From Fibrobacterales bacterium (GTDB lineage: Bacteria; Fibrobacterota; Fibrobacteria; Fibrobacterales; JAOPTW01): a stretch of DNA of 64,000 bases. The position numbers and the translations under genes are program-made. This document shows positions 28,052 to 38,020 of the stretch, piece after piece (the first letter of the stretch is position 1; each line of letters opens with the position of its first letter). The stretch lies in NCBI GenBank assembly GCA_051532035.1, contig JAOPTW010000045.1, forward strand, positions 7,624 through 71,623, read 5' to 3'. Under the pieces are notes generated by a model, which was given only the letters and a program-made list of their open reading frames with translations, had not been told where the DNA came from and ran no database searches.

Positions 28052-29311
28052 CTAATCGACAAAGGTTCGCATAAGGTAAAAAATACCTACTTGAATGTAG
28101 TAATCATAGGCGGCAATGAAGGTCTCATTAGTCAGTCTATCCGTAGCATTGGATTTGAGATCTTCGCTTTTGTGGCCCCGATAAGAGATACCCGTATCAA
28201 ATTGAATACCTATTTTCTCTTTAAAAAGAAAATGAGTCGCAAAGCCAATATGCGCTCCTTTCATAGTAGAGAGCTCAAAAGGTGGAGATTTTTGTGGTGC
28301 AGTTCGAGTAAAATCAGAACTCCAAAATGTATAGCGCAGTCCAAAAACGAGCTTTGGCGCGATCTCCATAATACCCAAAGGACGAAAGTATTTTGAGAGG
28401 GTAATGTTAATACCCAATTCATAGCGACGAAAGGTCCAATCGGTTATATCGTGATGCCATGCTGCAGTATCATTGCCATAGCGAATAGAGTAGTCACTAT
28501 AATTGAGAGAGAGTGATCCGCCAATAAATTCAGCATACTGAACACCAAATTGAATATTGTGGAGGGGGCGACCAACGATGTTTTTAAGAACAGGAACATC
28601 AGCAAGAGGTTCGCCTCTATCAAGCCAGTTCCAAACGTACCAAGGGTCTCCCGCATTATCTGCTGTTGTGATTGCACCACCTTCGGGTGGGCTAAAGAGG
28701 CCGGCAGTATAGCCAAAGCCATAGAGGACATAGAGATCATAGGCAATGCGTTCGTTGTAAAAGCTATTAGGAGTATCTTTTGCAATGCGCTTCTGCTCAT
28801 CAGTAAGTTGTGTTTCCTGTTGTGCCATAAAAAGAGTTTGGGCTATTTCGGTATAGATATCTCGGGGGTCGATACTCGCAATAGAAATCAGTGCTTTAGG
28901 CTCATGATATCCACCATGAAAGAGTGTCGCCCATGTTGTATTCTCTTTTTGATAGAGATAGATGATGTAGTTATCTTCGTTTTCTCTGAGGACTGCACGA
29001 ACACTATCATCTCGTGCAGCGAGGTGTTTAGGGGCGATAGACGGGTAGATGTTTTTAGATATCCATTTCATATAAGTCATGAAAGGGATTGATCGTTCAA
29101 AGTTACCGGCCCGTCGACACTCAATACGGGATATAAAGGTATTTTGGCGTGCCATCTCTCTACAGAGTTCTTTTGCTTTTAACCCAGTCACCTTCGTTTC
29201 GACGGTAAAAATGTCGGCACCCTTATAAAATGGGTAGGGGTCTTTAAATATAACGGTTGCAGATTGAGCGGTTGTTATAAGGACAAAAATGATAAGCGCT
29301 AATTTATTCAT
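28052..29311 (-). CDS. Secreted protein with a beta-barrel-like C-terminal half, unknown function
   Basis: Signal peptide (TTAQSA). The C-terminal half has alternating aromatic/Gly strands. It overlaps the upstream gene by 8 nt. Confidence 0.65.
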   Translation of the reverse strand: MNKLALIIFVLITTAQSATVIFKDPYPFYKGADIFTVETKVTGLKAKELCREMARQNTFISRIECRRAGNFERSIPFMTYMKWISKNIYPSIAPKHLAARDDSVRAVLRENEDNYIIYLYQKENTTWATLFHGGYHEPKALISIASIDPRDIYTEIAQTLFMAQQETQLTDEQKRIAKDTPNSFYNERIAYDLYVLYGFGYTAGLFSPPEGGAITTADNAGDPWYVWNWLDRGEPLADVPVLKNIVGRPLHNIQFGVQYAEFIGGSLSLNYSDYSIRYGNDTAAWHHDITDWTFRRYELGINITLSKYFRPLGIMEIAPKLVFGLRYTFWSSDFTRTAPQKSPPFELSTMKGAHIGFATHFLFKEKIGIQFDTGISYRGHKSEDLKSNATDRLTNETFIAAYDYYIQVGIFYLMRTFVD

Positions 29312-30011
29312 TACCTACCCCTGTTGTAAGAGGGGTTTGAGAAAAGGCGCTCGTTAATGCGGTATATATGAGTTGATTAATAGCACGTTTTGTGACAGGG
29401 TTTTGTGAAGGTGCTTGCGCGTCAGCATAGCCATAACTAATGTATTGCTGTCGTTGATTATCCCAGAGAGACCAACTCATAACGATGGAGAGATGGTCTG
29501 CATTTGAGCTCCCTTCTCTGTTTGATCGCGTATAGTCAAAGAGCTCTTCACCACTGAGGTCATAGCCGAGGGTGCATTCGTAGATAAAAAATATGAGGTC
29601 AGGTGATTGAGTAGCGTCAATTGTAAGAGCAGTACCCTGAGCAGGCCATGCCACTTTTACATAGGTATTGTCGTGTATCTTCATTGATTCGGGGCGACCT
29701 AATCGTTGCACCGTTGAGTCGGGCAGCGTGATGATCGTATGACTCAAGGCAGCTTGAGTACTTTTGTCGATAGTGCTATTGATGATCGGGGCTAAAGAGT
29801 CGTGGAGAGACTTCTCGGGAATTGAGAGTTCCCGTGCAATAATTTTATAATCTTGAATAATTAAATTGTATTTGAGCGGTACGATACCAACGGTGGCATC
29901 TTTCGGTATGGTTGAATATCCAGGATGAGATACGGATGACCGAGATGCACACGACGAAACCAAAAATAATGTGGTCAAATAGAGACTGAATGTGATTAAT
30001 AGAGTACGCAT
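29304..30011 (-). CDS. Lipoprotein, unknown function
   Basis: Lipobox LVSSC. No family recognised. Confidence 0.65.
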   Translation of the reverse strand: MRTLLITFSLYLTTLFLVSSCASRSSVSHPGYSTIPKDATVGIVPLKYNLIIQDYKIIARELSIPEKSLHDSLAPIINSTIDKSTQAALSHTIITLPDSTVQRLGRPESMKIHDNTYVKVAWPAQGTALTIDATQSPDLIFFIYECTLGYDLSGEELFDYTRSNREGSSNADHLSIVMSWSLWDNQRQQYISYGYADAQAPSQNPVTKRAINQLIYTALTSAFSQTPLTTGVGNE

Positions 30012-30028
30012 GCTTTAAGTATACGAAA

Positions 30029-30595
30029 TTACTCCTCAAAATCAATGAAAGAACGTGATGGCTGTGGAGTTTGCTGTCCAGAGTACTTACCTGAATAGAA
30101 TTCCACCTCTCCCTTGGGTTCAACAAAGTAGACCTGACCAATACGGACATTGGGGTATATTTTGACAGGATGTACAACACAGATCTCAAGAGTCCAAGTA
30201 GGGTAGTGGCAGGTAAGCTCATTCCCCGTCTTTTCAAAACCCCAGCCTATATCGCCAAAACCAGCAGTTATATGGGTATTAATACCCAGTCGGCCGATAG
30301 AGCTCCGTCCTTCAAACATAGGGATGTAGCTATGAGAGGTGGCTGTTTCATTGGTCATGCCAATATAGAGTGTGTTTGGTTGTAATATGAATCCCTCTTC
30401 GGGGATTATGATTGTGTTGGTTGGATTCTCTTTTTTCATGTCGAGACAGTCGCATTCAGAGAGGTCATAGAGTAACAAGGTTTCATTGAGGGTTACATCA
30501 ATAGAATTAGGTGAAATATGTTTTTCTATAAAAGGGCGAATAGTGACATCGCCTTTCTCTTGTGCTTTTTTTATCTCATCACGAGTTAGAAACAT
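30029..30595 (-). CDS. dcd: dCTP deaminase
   Basis: N-terminal DEIKKA...GDVTIRPF, FEGRSSIGRLGINTH and a dUTPase-like fold motif. Confidence 0.85.
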   Translation of the reverse strand: MFLTRDEIKKAQEKGDVTIRPFIEKHISPNSIDVTLNETLLLYDLSECDCLDMKKENPTNTIIIPEEGFILQPNTLYIGMTNETATSHSYIPMFEGRSSIGRLGINTHITAGFGDIGWGFEKTGNELTCHYPTWTLEICVVHPVKIYPNVRIGQVYFVEPKGEVEFYSGKYSGQQTPQPSRSFIDFEE

Positions 30596-31276
30596 CTACG
30601 CTCCATATTGTTTACGATATTCGAGAATATTCTCGAGACTCTCCTCTTTAATAGTAAACTTTTCGCGGTTACTTGTGTCTGAAATAAAGGTAATGATGTC
30701 TAAAATAGTTACAATTGAAGCAGTTTTTATGCCAAAGTCAGATTCAATTTTATTGAGAGCAGATACACCACCCTCTACTTTTTCCATACGGTCGACTGAA
30801 ATCAAAAGGCCAACCACAGAAAAATTTTCAACTTCTTTCACAATTTCGAATGTCTCGCGAATTGAGGTTCCGGCAGTAGTTACATCTTCAACAATAAGAG
30901 ACTGGGCAGGCTCAGTATATTTATACCCAACTAAACTCCCGCCTTCACCGTGATCTTTCGCTTCTTTGCGGTTAAAGGTGTAAGTGACATCGGTATCATA
31001 TTCACTGCTGAGTGCCATGGCTGTGGCAACACTCAGTGGGATTCCCTTATAGGCAGGGCCAAAGAGGTTGTTGAATGAGGTACCAAAGGATTCTGTTGCA
31101 GCTTTGGCGTAATAGCGTGCGAGAGTATTCATTTGTGAGCCTGTTTTATACTCGCCAGTATTGATGAAAAAAGGTGTTTTACGTCCACTTTTCGTGGTAA
31201 AATCACCAAATTTAAGAACGTTACACTGTAAAAGGAACTCAATAAACTCTTGTTTGTAAGGGGCTAGGACCGTCAT
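30596..31276 (-). CDS. pyrE: Orotate phosphoribosyltransferase
   Basis: Start moved to MTVLAPYKQEFIEFLL.. (the track ORF extends 35 codons upstream). FGDFTTKSGRKTPFFIN and the PRPP motif LIVEDVTTAGTSIRE are present. It abuts dcd with no gap. Confidence 0.9.
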   Translation of the reverse strand: MTVLAPYKQEFIEFLLQCNVLKFGDFTTKSGRKTPFFINTGEYKTGSQMNTLARYYAKAATESFGTSFNNLFGPAYKGIPLSVATAMALSSEYDTDVTYTFNRKEAKDHGEGGSLVGYKYTEPAQSLIVEDVTTAGTSIRETFEIVKEVENFSVVGLLISVDRMEKVEGGVSALNKIESDFGIKTASIVTILDIITFISDTSNREKFTIKEESLENILEYRKQYGA

Positions 31277-31468
31277 TATACTCTCTATCAAATTTATGCA
31301 TATTAAACGTAAAAATTTAGACGTAAATTTGTAAGTGGACTCGATGATTGTCGTGGCGAAAAAAGGCAAAAAATGACGCATTTTGCCCTATTTTTAACAA
31401 AAACCCCGACAATGTCGGTTCAAAAGTAAATTAATAAGTACATTTATTAAAACTTTTACATTGATACT

Positions 31469-32659
31469 ATGAGCACCATAAAAATTCATACTGAAGAGGT
31501 GATGAATCACGATTACGAAAGAACTATGGGTGATTTCTTTCTTGATGTGATTAAAAAAGTTGTCTCAGATCCTGAGATTCGCCATGACTGGCTCCCTCGT
31601 TACGCTAAGTACTCAAAATTTATGAGCTCTTCTAAATATAAACCCGTTGTACCCATTAAAACGGTGGTTAACTTTCCTGATAAAAGTATCCCTCTTTATA
31701 TGAACAGTCCGATCATTTTGGCTGCTGGTTCTAATAAATATGGTGAAAACTTACCTGATTTCTCAAATCTTGGATTTGGTGGAGTCGCAGTAGGAACCGT
31801 TACCAGAAGTGAACGTGATGGGAATTTGTTTCGCCCACGTGTTGCCATGATTCCTGCTGATAGAGCCATAAATAATAGTATGGGCCTCAACAATCCAGGC
31901 GTGGATGTTATATCAAAAATTGTTGATCGTGACCTTATCAAGGCCCACAAGCGTGGTCTCGCTATTGGAGTCTCTATGGCTGAGTCTCCAGAAGTTACCG
32001 ATGAGGAAGAGCAGCTTGAACAGATGCTGTACACCTTCAGAAAAGCCTATAATGTTGCAGACTATATTGAGATAAATGTCTCTTGTCCTAATACAGGGGT
32101 TCGTAGAACTGATGAAAACACTCAGTTTCTTTCAAAAGTACTTAGTGAGATTATGGAGATTCGTAAAAACCTCCCTATTCGTAAGGCAGTGTATTGTAAG
32201 CTCTCACCCGATATGAATGAACAGCAGTTTATACAAACACTCAAAGTTATTCGGGATAATGGGATAAATGGACTTATCCTTTTTAATACCTTCCCTGGTG
32301 CAAAATCAAAATTTCTTAACCTGAATACACCACAAGAAAAATTTACTCCGGTCACATCGGCGGGTGGATTTGGTGGGCTTTCGGGCAGACCACTTTACAT
32401 AAATACTTATCGTGCAGTAGAGTATATTAAAAAAGAATATCCAGAGATGTCGGTTATCGCTTCAGGTGGTATCGATCATGGAAGGAAAGTTTTCGATCTA
32501 TTAGAATTAGGGGTTGATGCGGTTCAGTGTTATTCAGCATTGGCCTATCGCATGGATCCGGTAAATAAAATGAATTATGAGCTTTCTGTTGCACTCAAAG
32601 AGAAAGGCTATTGCTCTCTTGAAGAGTATTACGATAAGAAGAATAACCCAGAATATTAA
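31469..32659 (+). CDS. pyrD: Dihydroorotate dehydrogenase, class 2-like
   Basis: LAAGSNKYGE, GFGGVAVGTVT, NSMGLNNPGVD, INVSCPNT and GGI.. motifs. The N-terminal extension is typical of the quinone-dependent class. Confidence 0.8.
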   Translation: MSTIKIHTEEVMNHDYERTMGDFFLDVIKKVVSDPEIRHDWLPRYAKYSKFMSSSKYKPVVPIKTVVNFPDKSIPLYMNSPIILAAGSNKYGENLPDFSNLGFGGVAVGTVTRSERDGNLFRPRVAMIPADRAINNSMGLNNPGVDVISKIVDRDLIKAHKRGLAIGVSMAESPEVTDEEEQLEQMLYTFRKAYNVADYIEINVSCPNTGVRRTDENTQFLSKVLSEIMEIRKNLPIRKAVYCKLSPDMNEQQFIQTLKVIRDNGINGLILFNTFPGAKSKFLNLNTPQEKFTPVTSAGGFGGLSGRPLYINTYRAVEYIKKEYPEMSVIASGGIDHGRKVFDLLELGVDAVQCYSALAYRMDPVNKMNYELSVALKEKGYCSLEEYYDKKNNPEY

Positions 32660-32661
32660 CG

Positions 32662-33444
32662 TTGGTGACTATCACTATGTGTAAGACTATACTACTCATC
32701 GCATTTCTTGTATCATTTAGTTTTTCAAAATCTCTATGGGTTGGCGTGACTTTTAAAACCTCGCGTCATCTTATTGAAGGCAAGAGAGTTGATGCTCTCA
32801 AAGTTGATAAGTTACTTCCACAGTCTGATGCTATAAATTCAGGTATAGAACCAGGTGACCTTCTTATTAAAGTAAATGGTACGGTTATTAATGGCGTTCG
32901 TTCCGTTGCAAAAGAGATCAAAGGTAAAAAAGAGGGCACTGTTCTTGTTTTTACCCTCATACGAGATAACAAAGAGTTGACCAAAAAATTAGCCCTTACT
33001 CCACGGCCCGATAATGTATCGCAGTGGGTTGGCTCACCTATTGGTTCGAAATCAAAAAAAATATCAGGGAACTTCTATACTCATAAAAATAAGAAACAGA
33101 AACAGCCAAAGCTGACTCTTCTTGATTTCTGGGCAACGTGGTGTGGACCTTGTCGGCAGACCCTCCCAATTGTTTCTGAACTGTACAACAAGTATCAATC
33201 TAAGGGATATGAGACTATTGGTATTAGTACCGAATCATTAAAAACCTTGCAGGCCTTTCAATCCAAGCATAGCGCTCCTTATCCACTACTCAATGATGCG
33301 AGCGGCCAGGTGAGTGCATTTTATGGCGTGAAAGCACTTCCAACATTAGCGTTTATTGATGCCGATGGCTATATTGTAAAAGTTTTTACGGGGGCACCAT
33401 CAAAGGGTGTTCTTGAGTCCGTCATCAAAAAGTATCTGGATTAA
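32662..33444 (+). CDS. PDZ domain + TlpA/ResA-like thioredoxin-fold thiol:disulfide oxidoreductase
   Basis: LLDFWATWCGPCRQTLP (CxxC motif). The N-terminal GIEPGDLLIKVNG is PDZ-like. The start is uncertain (TTG 32662 or ATG 32677). Confidence 0.8.
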   Translation: MVTITMCKTILLIAFLVSFSFSKSLWVGVTFKTSRHLIEGKRVDALKVDKLLPQSDAINSGIEPGDLLIKVNGTVINGVRSVAKEIKGKKEGTVLVFTLIRDNKELTKKLALTPRPDNVSQWVGSPIGSKSKKISGNFYTHKNKKQKQPKLTLLDFWATWCGPCRQTLPIVSELYNKYQSKGYETIGISTESLKTLQAFQSKHSAPYPLLNDASGQVSAFYGVKALPTLAFIDADGYIVKVFTGAPSKGVLESVIKKYLD

Positions 33445-33447
33445 GGC

Positions 33448-34413
33448 ATGCTTCTGCGTTCCATAACTTTTACCCTACTCGCTTACACATTGAGTATGGG
33501 TTCATTAATGAATAGCCCACCTAAAGCCCTTTCGATTCTTTATACTCAAAAAGGAACATCGGTATGGGAGTATCAAGCAGAGCCTAAAATTTTACTCAAA
33601 GGCTTTTATGATGGGGATAGTGCTACTACTTTTGAGTGGGCAAAGCGCACCTTGTTTAGTGAGAGAGAGCTGTGGAAAATATTCGATGCATTAGTACCGG
33701 GAAGCGATATTTTTCTCGTTGAGCCTTCGTTAGATATTCCTTCAAGTATTCAGAAAATATCAAAAAATCGTTCACTCAAAGAGTGGGCTCTCCGGACCCA
33801 TTCAGGAATTGTTGCCTGGATCGTACTTTCAAAACAAGGTTCAGGATATTATTTAGCAGTCCATAGAGTTACACCCTATGTATCTCCCTTAAAGCCTCTA
33901 CTGTTTACCTACAATGGGGGGCTTAATCAATTCACACAGTTTAAGAACCAGGGAGATGATTTGTGCGTTCTTAAAAAAGGGACGACCTGTTCATTAGTGA
34001 GTACTGAACTTCCTACTCTACGGGCATCACTCTTTTCAAATGGAAATATCACTTTCACCTATTCTGAGGTCGTTGAAAAACCCTTGTCTGGAGTGCAACA
34101 ATACAAGTTACTATCATTGAAAGAGCAAAAAGAGTTTAGAACTATTGTACGGGGCTATTTAAATTATGAGTATAATCTTATGATCAAAGCAGCTATTGGG
34201 AGTGCAACCACTCTTTTTAATTGGCAATTGTGGGAGTGGCTCGACCATTTTGATTCTGGTGCCCCCAGTGATGATGCGCTGCATGCTTGGCTTTCTGCTG
34301 GCGAGAGTACTCGACCAGTAGAGCTCTTTAAATATATTGGAACAGACTTTGTTGTGCTCTTTTTTTGTAATTTCGATGGTGAACGCTCAATAACTATCGA
34401 GAAGACTCAGTGA
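33448..34413 (+). CDS. Hypothetical secreted protein
   Basis: Signal-like N-terminus. No family recognised. Tightly packed between neighbouring genes. Confidence 0.6.
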   Translation: MLLRSITFTLLAYTLSMGSLMNSPPKALSILYTQKGTSVWEYQAEPKILLKGFYDGDSATTFEWAKRTLFSERELWKIFDALVPGSDIFLVEPSLDIPSSIQKISKNRSLKEWALRTHSGIVAWIVLSKQGSGYYLAVHRVTPYVSPLKPLLFTYNGGLNQFTQFKNQGDDLCVLKKGTTCSLVSTELPTLRASLFSNGNITFTYSEVVEKPLSGVQQYKLLSLKEQKEFRTIVRGYLNYEYNLMIKAAIGSATTLFNWQLWEWLDHFDSGAPSDDALHAWLSAGESTRPVELFKYIGTDFVVLFFCNFDGERSITIEKTQ

Positions 34414-34862
34414 AATTTTTTATACACCGCCGCCGAATCCCCGCATATCTTGCCATGGCAATAGCTCTTGGCCTCTCTACACTTCCTCCTGATGTTGTTG
34501 AAATGGTAATGCAGTCAATTTTTGGCCCAGGCAAAGAACAAGCAAGTGGGTTTATTCCTATTGATAAAGTGATACATATGTCGCTCTATACTCTGGTTGG
34601 CTTCTCATTCGCTGCAGCGATTAGTTCTCATAAATGGTCTCGGAGCAAGGTGCGTTATGCACTCTATGCGGTGATATTCGCCTCAATATTTGGGGTGTCT
34701 GATGAGTGCTACCAACTTCTCTCTAATATGGGAAGACAGTTCGATCTCTTCGATATTCTTGCGGATGTTCTTGGTGCCATTGGAGGCGTCAGTATTTTTT
34801 ATTGGAAGGGGAATAGTCTAAAGAATAGACTCTCAACCTATTTCGCTACTGAGTCCATGTAA
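34410..34862 (+). CDS. VanZ-like membrane protein
   Basis: GTG start overlapping the upstream TGA. DKVIHMSLY and SDECYQ motifs. Four TM helices. Confidence 0.6.
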   Translation: MKFFIHRRRIPAYLAMAIALGLSTLPPDVVEMVMQSIFGPGKEQASGFIPIDKVIHMSLYTLVGFSFAAAISSHKWSRSKVRYALYAVIFASIFGVSDECYQLLSNMGRQFDLFDILADVLGAIGGVSIFYWKGNSLKNRLSTYFATESM

Positions 34863-34944
34863 CAGAGTCTCTTATTATTTTTTTATTTTGTAATTGGCCA
34901 TTGAGTATGGTATACTTGATTCAAGTTTTCATCTAAAGATTGTG

Positions 34945-36102
34945 ATGACTCAGACAAAACCCCATATATTGGTCGTTGATGATGACTCAATAAATCGTGA
35001 TGTACTTCGTGATACCCTCGAAGATTGCGATTACTACATTACCACAGCGGAAAATGGCTTACAAGCTATTGAGATAGTAGCAGAACTCGATATCGACCTG
35101 ATTCTTCTTGATGTTATGATGCCAGGTATAAATGGCTTTGATACTTGTAAGGAATTAAAGAAAGTAATGGGAAGTGAAAATGTTCCCATAATCTTTTTAA
35201 CTGCTCGTGCGAGTAATGATGATATTATTACTGGTTTTCAGTGTGGTGCAGTAGACTATGTCGCAAAGCCAATTAATAATTATGTGTTACTCTCTCGGGT
35301 GAAGGCACACCTTGGCTTAAAGCTTGATCATGATACTCTTGAAGGGGCAATAAAAGAGCGAACTTTTGAGTTAGATCAGGCAATAAAAAAAGTAGAAGTT
35401 GCCGAAGCAGCAAAGGGGGCTTTTACTGCTAATATGTGTCATGAATTACGTACTCCTTTAAATGGAATATTGGGGACTCATGAAATATTACTGACCGAAG
35501 ACTTGGGGCCAGAAATAAAAAAGATGCTCGAGCTCTCTCGTAAATCAACGGTATCGCTGACAGCAATAATCAATGACATCTTACATTTCACTGAATTAGA
35601 ATCGGGGAATGTAACAATTCGCAGCCAAGTTTTTAACTTTCCAGATATTGTAGAAATCATAAAAGGTGTATTTGAAATAGAGGCAAGAGAAAAAGGAATT
35701 GAACTCCTCATTTCAATAGATCCATCATTTCCAACGCAAGTTTTGGGAGACCGAGCCAGAATAAGGCAGCTCATGCTTAACATACTTGGTAATGCAATTA
35801 AGTTTACGAGCAAAGGCTCAGTTAGCCTTACTATTACATATGAACGCCACAAAAACATGCAAATTCAATGCACTATCGAAGTTATCGATACCGGTTGTGG
35901 AATATCTGAGAAAGAGAAAGAATTTTTGTTTAAAGCATTTAAACAAGGCGATGACTCGTTTACTAAAAAGTATGGTGGCATTGGCATTGGCCTTACAAAT
36001 GTAAAAATGTTTCTTGATATGGTTGATGGGTCAATCGATATAGAGAGTAGACTAGGCGAGGGAAGCAAGGTAACAGTTTCTTTTCCTCTCTTAACCGTGT
36101 AG
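34945..36102 (+). CDS. Receiver-domain histidine kinase (REC-HisKA-HATPase_c), with no TM or sensor domain
   Basis: ILVVDDD...LILLDVMMPGINGF...FLTA; H-box MCHELRTPLNGI; N-box ILGNAIKFT; G-boxes DTGCGI and GGIGIGL. Confidence 0.9.
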   Translation: MTQTKPHILVVDDDSINRDVLRDTLEDCDYYITTAENGLQAIEIVAELDIDLILLDVMMPGINGFDTCKELKKVMGSENVPIIFLTARASNDDIITGFQCGAVDYVAKPINNYVLLSRVKAHLGLKLDHDTLEGAIKERTFELDQAIKKVEVAEAAKGAFTANMCHELRTPLNGILGTHEILLTEDLGPEIKKMLELSRKSTVSLTAIINDILHFTELESGNVTIRSQVFNFPDIVEIIKGVFEIEAREKGIELLISIDPSFPTQVLGDRARIRQLMLNILGNAIKFTSKGSVSLTITYERHKNMQIQCTIEVIDTGCGISEKEKEFLFKAFKQGDDSFTKKYGGIGIGLTNVKMFLDMVDGSIDIESRLGEGSKVTVSFPLLTV

Positions 36103-36375
36103 CTAAAAAAGCTCAACACGGTTATTATTCAAATTTGATCATTTCTATTTAATAAAATCTACATATAGTGTCATGTGTTTGCAATTATACAGTATAGTGT
36201 ATTTTAGTCAGGTAAACAGTATTGTTAACTTAGGTATTAATGTAAATCTTGTAAGGCATTGATATAAAATACTTTAACTAATGTTAATAAATGGTTTACA
36301 TTTAGTTTAAAAAGTGTTTAAATTAAATAAGATGAAAAAAAGTAAACGTATATCGTTTCTTTTAGGAAATAAGTC

Positions 36376-36504
36376 ATGTTTAAAAATGTTATTATCAGTA
36401 TAATTATTGCAGGTGCGGTCTCATATTTACTCTTTAGCACAGCTGAGGCTGATGCATCAGAGTCGAGACAAGTGATAATTAATACTTTCGTTCAAAGCGA
36501 ATGA
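36376..36504 (+). CDS. Candidate 42-aa secreted/membrane peptide (MFKNVIISIIIAGAVSYLLFSTAEADASESRQVIINTFVQSE)
   Basis: Hand-translated. AGGAA lies about 8 nt upstream. Hydrophobic N-terminus with an AEA-D signal-peptidase-like site. It sits in a 418-bp AT-rich convergent gap. Confidence 0.3.
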   Translation: MFKNVIISIIIAGAVSYLLFSTAEADASESRQVIINTFVQSE

Positions 36505-36520
36505 TACAATAGAACATATT

Positions 36521-37318
36521 TTAGTGGTTAGTTGAAGACTGACTCAATGTTGTTCTAGTATTGCCGACAAAAGCATTTTCTAAATTATATTGTTTTAAAA
36601 TCGATAGGAGTTTACTTGTAAAAGTAGGTGACCCAAGTATTGTATTAAAAGCATTTACAAATTCGACACTTATGAGCTTCTTATTAAAACCGACATAGTA
36701 GTATATGTCTTTATATGAACTATTGAAGTTCACATTGTGGAGTTGTAGCTCATGAGCAAGGTATTCACCGACACTTTTATTTGAGAAAACAGCATCGACG
36801 CGTCCGCGATTAAGTTTTTTAAATCCCGAGACACTATCATACCTGAGATCTATTTTCATACTTGGAGCATTCTCTTTAATAATGAGAAGAGTTGAATGGG
36901 TATTAGAGGGGCCATAGACCCCTACGGTTTTACCATTAACACTCTGCATGGAGGTGATTTTAAAGTCTCTCTTTTTGTTTGTAAAAAATCCATATTCAGT
37001 TTTTAAAAGAGGTTGTGTGAAGTGGAGCCATTTTTCCCGCTTCTTATTTTTACCAATCACAAAAAGAGCGTCAGCTACCTCGGTGTAAACCTCTTCTTGA
37101 GCACGAGGCCAGGGGAGGCTCTTAATTTTACACGGTATAGCCATTTCTTTACAGACCATATATATAATGTCTGTAACGGGGCCAGCGATGACGTTGTTAT
37201 TAGAATAATGAAAAGGGGGGAACTCTTGAGTATTAAATACTATGGTATCATGTACAGTGGCTTGAGCACTGAGAGGGATGATACATAAAAGGAGATATTT
37301 GCTCAATGATACTAACAT
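36521..37318 (-). CDS. Periplasmic solute-binding protein, family 3 (amino-acid ABC-type SBP fold)
   Basis: Signal peptide. EFPPFHY...WPRAQEEV...ADALFVIGKNKKREKWLHFTQPL is typical of SBP_bac_3. No adjacent permease or ATPase. Confidence 0.7.
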   Translation of the reverse strand: MLVSLSKYLLLCIIPLSAQATVHDTIVFNTQEFPPFHYSNNNVIAGPVTDIIYMVCKEMAIPCKIKSLPWPRAQEEVYTEVADALFVIGKNKKREKWLHFTQPLLKTEYGFFTNKKRDFKITSMQSVNGKTVGVYGPSNTHSTLLIIKENAPSMKIDLRYDSVSGFKKLNRGRVDAVFSNKSVGEYLAHELQLHNVNFNSSYKDIYYYVGFNKKLISVEFVNAFNTILGSPTFTSKLLSILKQYNLENAFVGNTRTTLSQSSTNH

Positions 37319-37439
37319 GCTTGGCTGTAATTATTGTGTCCTTATATAACATACATTAAGGGGAGATGTTTGTATATATAGAAAAACTATTCTTCACAAT
37401 CTATCAGTAGCGTCACCGATAAATTGTGAAAAACATGTC

Positions 37440-37997
37440 CTAGAGTTGGCTCTGTGCTGAAAGAGTGTTAAAGGTGCTACAGGGGGTCGGGATTACTCGA
37501 TTGGGAAGTACCGACCTTTTAACCCGATGCGTCTCTTTTATAGGAATAGTAAAACAGAATGTTTGTATGGTACCACTATCGAGTGGAATGCCCAGTTTGA
37601 ACATTTTTACTCGACCATTTGGCTGGAATTTTTCAAGATAGTCATACTTGTTTTTAAGGAGTGATGTACGTGCAGATGGGGAGAAATCAATAGTTGTTGC
37701 AAGTGATGAGTCAAGGGTTACTGGCGCTGTTTTTGGGAGGCGTAACTCAACTTCTCCGTCGGTTTCTACGAGGTAGCTATTTTTTGGTTTGAGTAAAAAT
37801 CGTTGATTTGGTAGGTTTTTATAGCTTTGAAATCGCATTTTTCGAACACCACAGAGTTCCCTAAATGAAGGCTCAAAATTGAGATCGATTTCTTTGCACA
37901 TCTCGATCTGTTGTTTAGATAGATGCTGCTTAGGCGCGCTACAGTGAAGAGTTAAGAGGGCCAATAGGGTAATGAAAATAAGTGAGAACGTTTGCAT
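37440..37997 (-). CDS. Lipoprotein, unknown function
   Basis: Lipobox LTLHC. No family recognised. Confidence 0.6.
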   Translation of the reverse strand: MQTFSLIFITLLALLTLHCSAPKQHLSKQQIEMCKEIDLNFEPSFRELCGVRKMRFQSYKNLPNQRFLLKPKNSYLVETDGEVELRLPKTAPVTLDSSLATTIDFSPSARTSLLKNKYDYLEKFQPNGRVKMFKLGIPLDSGTIQTFCFTIPIKETHRVKRSVLPNRVIPTPCSTFNTLSAQSQL

Positions 37998-38020
37998 AGA
38001 ATTATTATTTGTTACATTTG

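Noticed and set aside
30486-30953. Antisense or shadow ORFs inside strong genes (e.g. 5649..6083, 6010..6420, 12326..12724, 28550..29092, 30486..30953, 52474..52872, 60606..60905, 61668..62093)
   Set aside because: Each lies wholly within, and opposite to or out of frame with, a gene that has clear family motifs. Their compositions are odd and I recognise no motifs.
31277-31381. N-terminal extensions of track ORFs (pyrE to 31381, aminotransferase to 42790, TIGR02147-like to 44845, hisC to 55110, permease to 62725, AsmA-like to 50757, REC-kinase to 34894)
   Set aside because: The extensions lack homology-typical sequence, often start at TTG, and run into promoter or repeat DNA. Internal ATGs give N-termini matching the family or a signal peptide.
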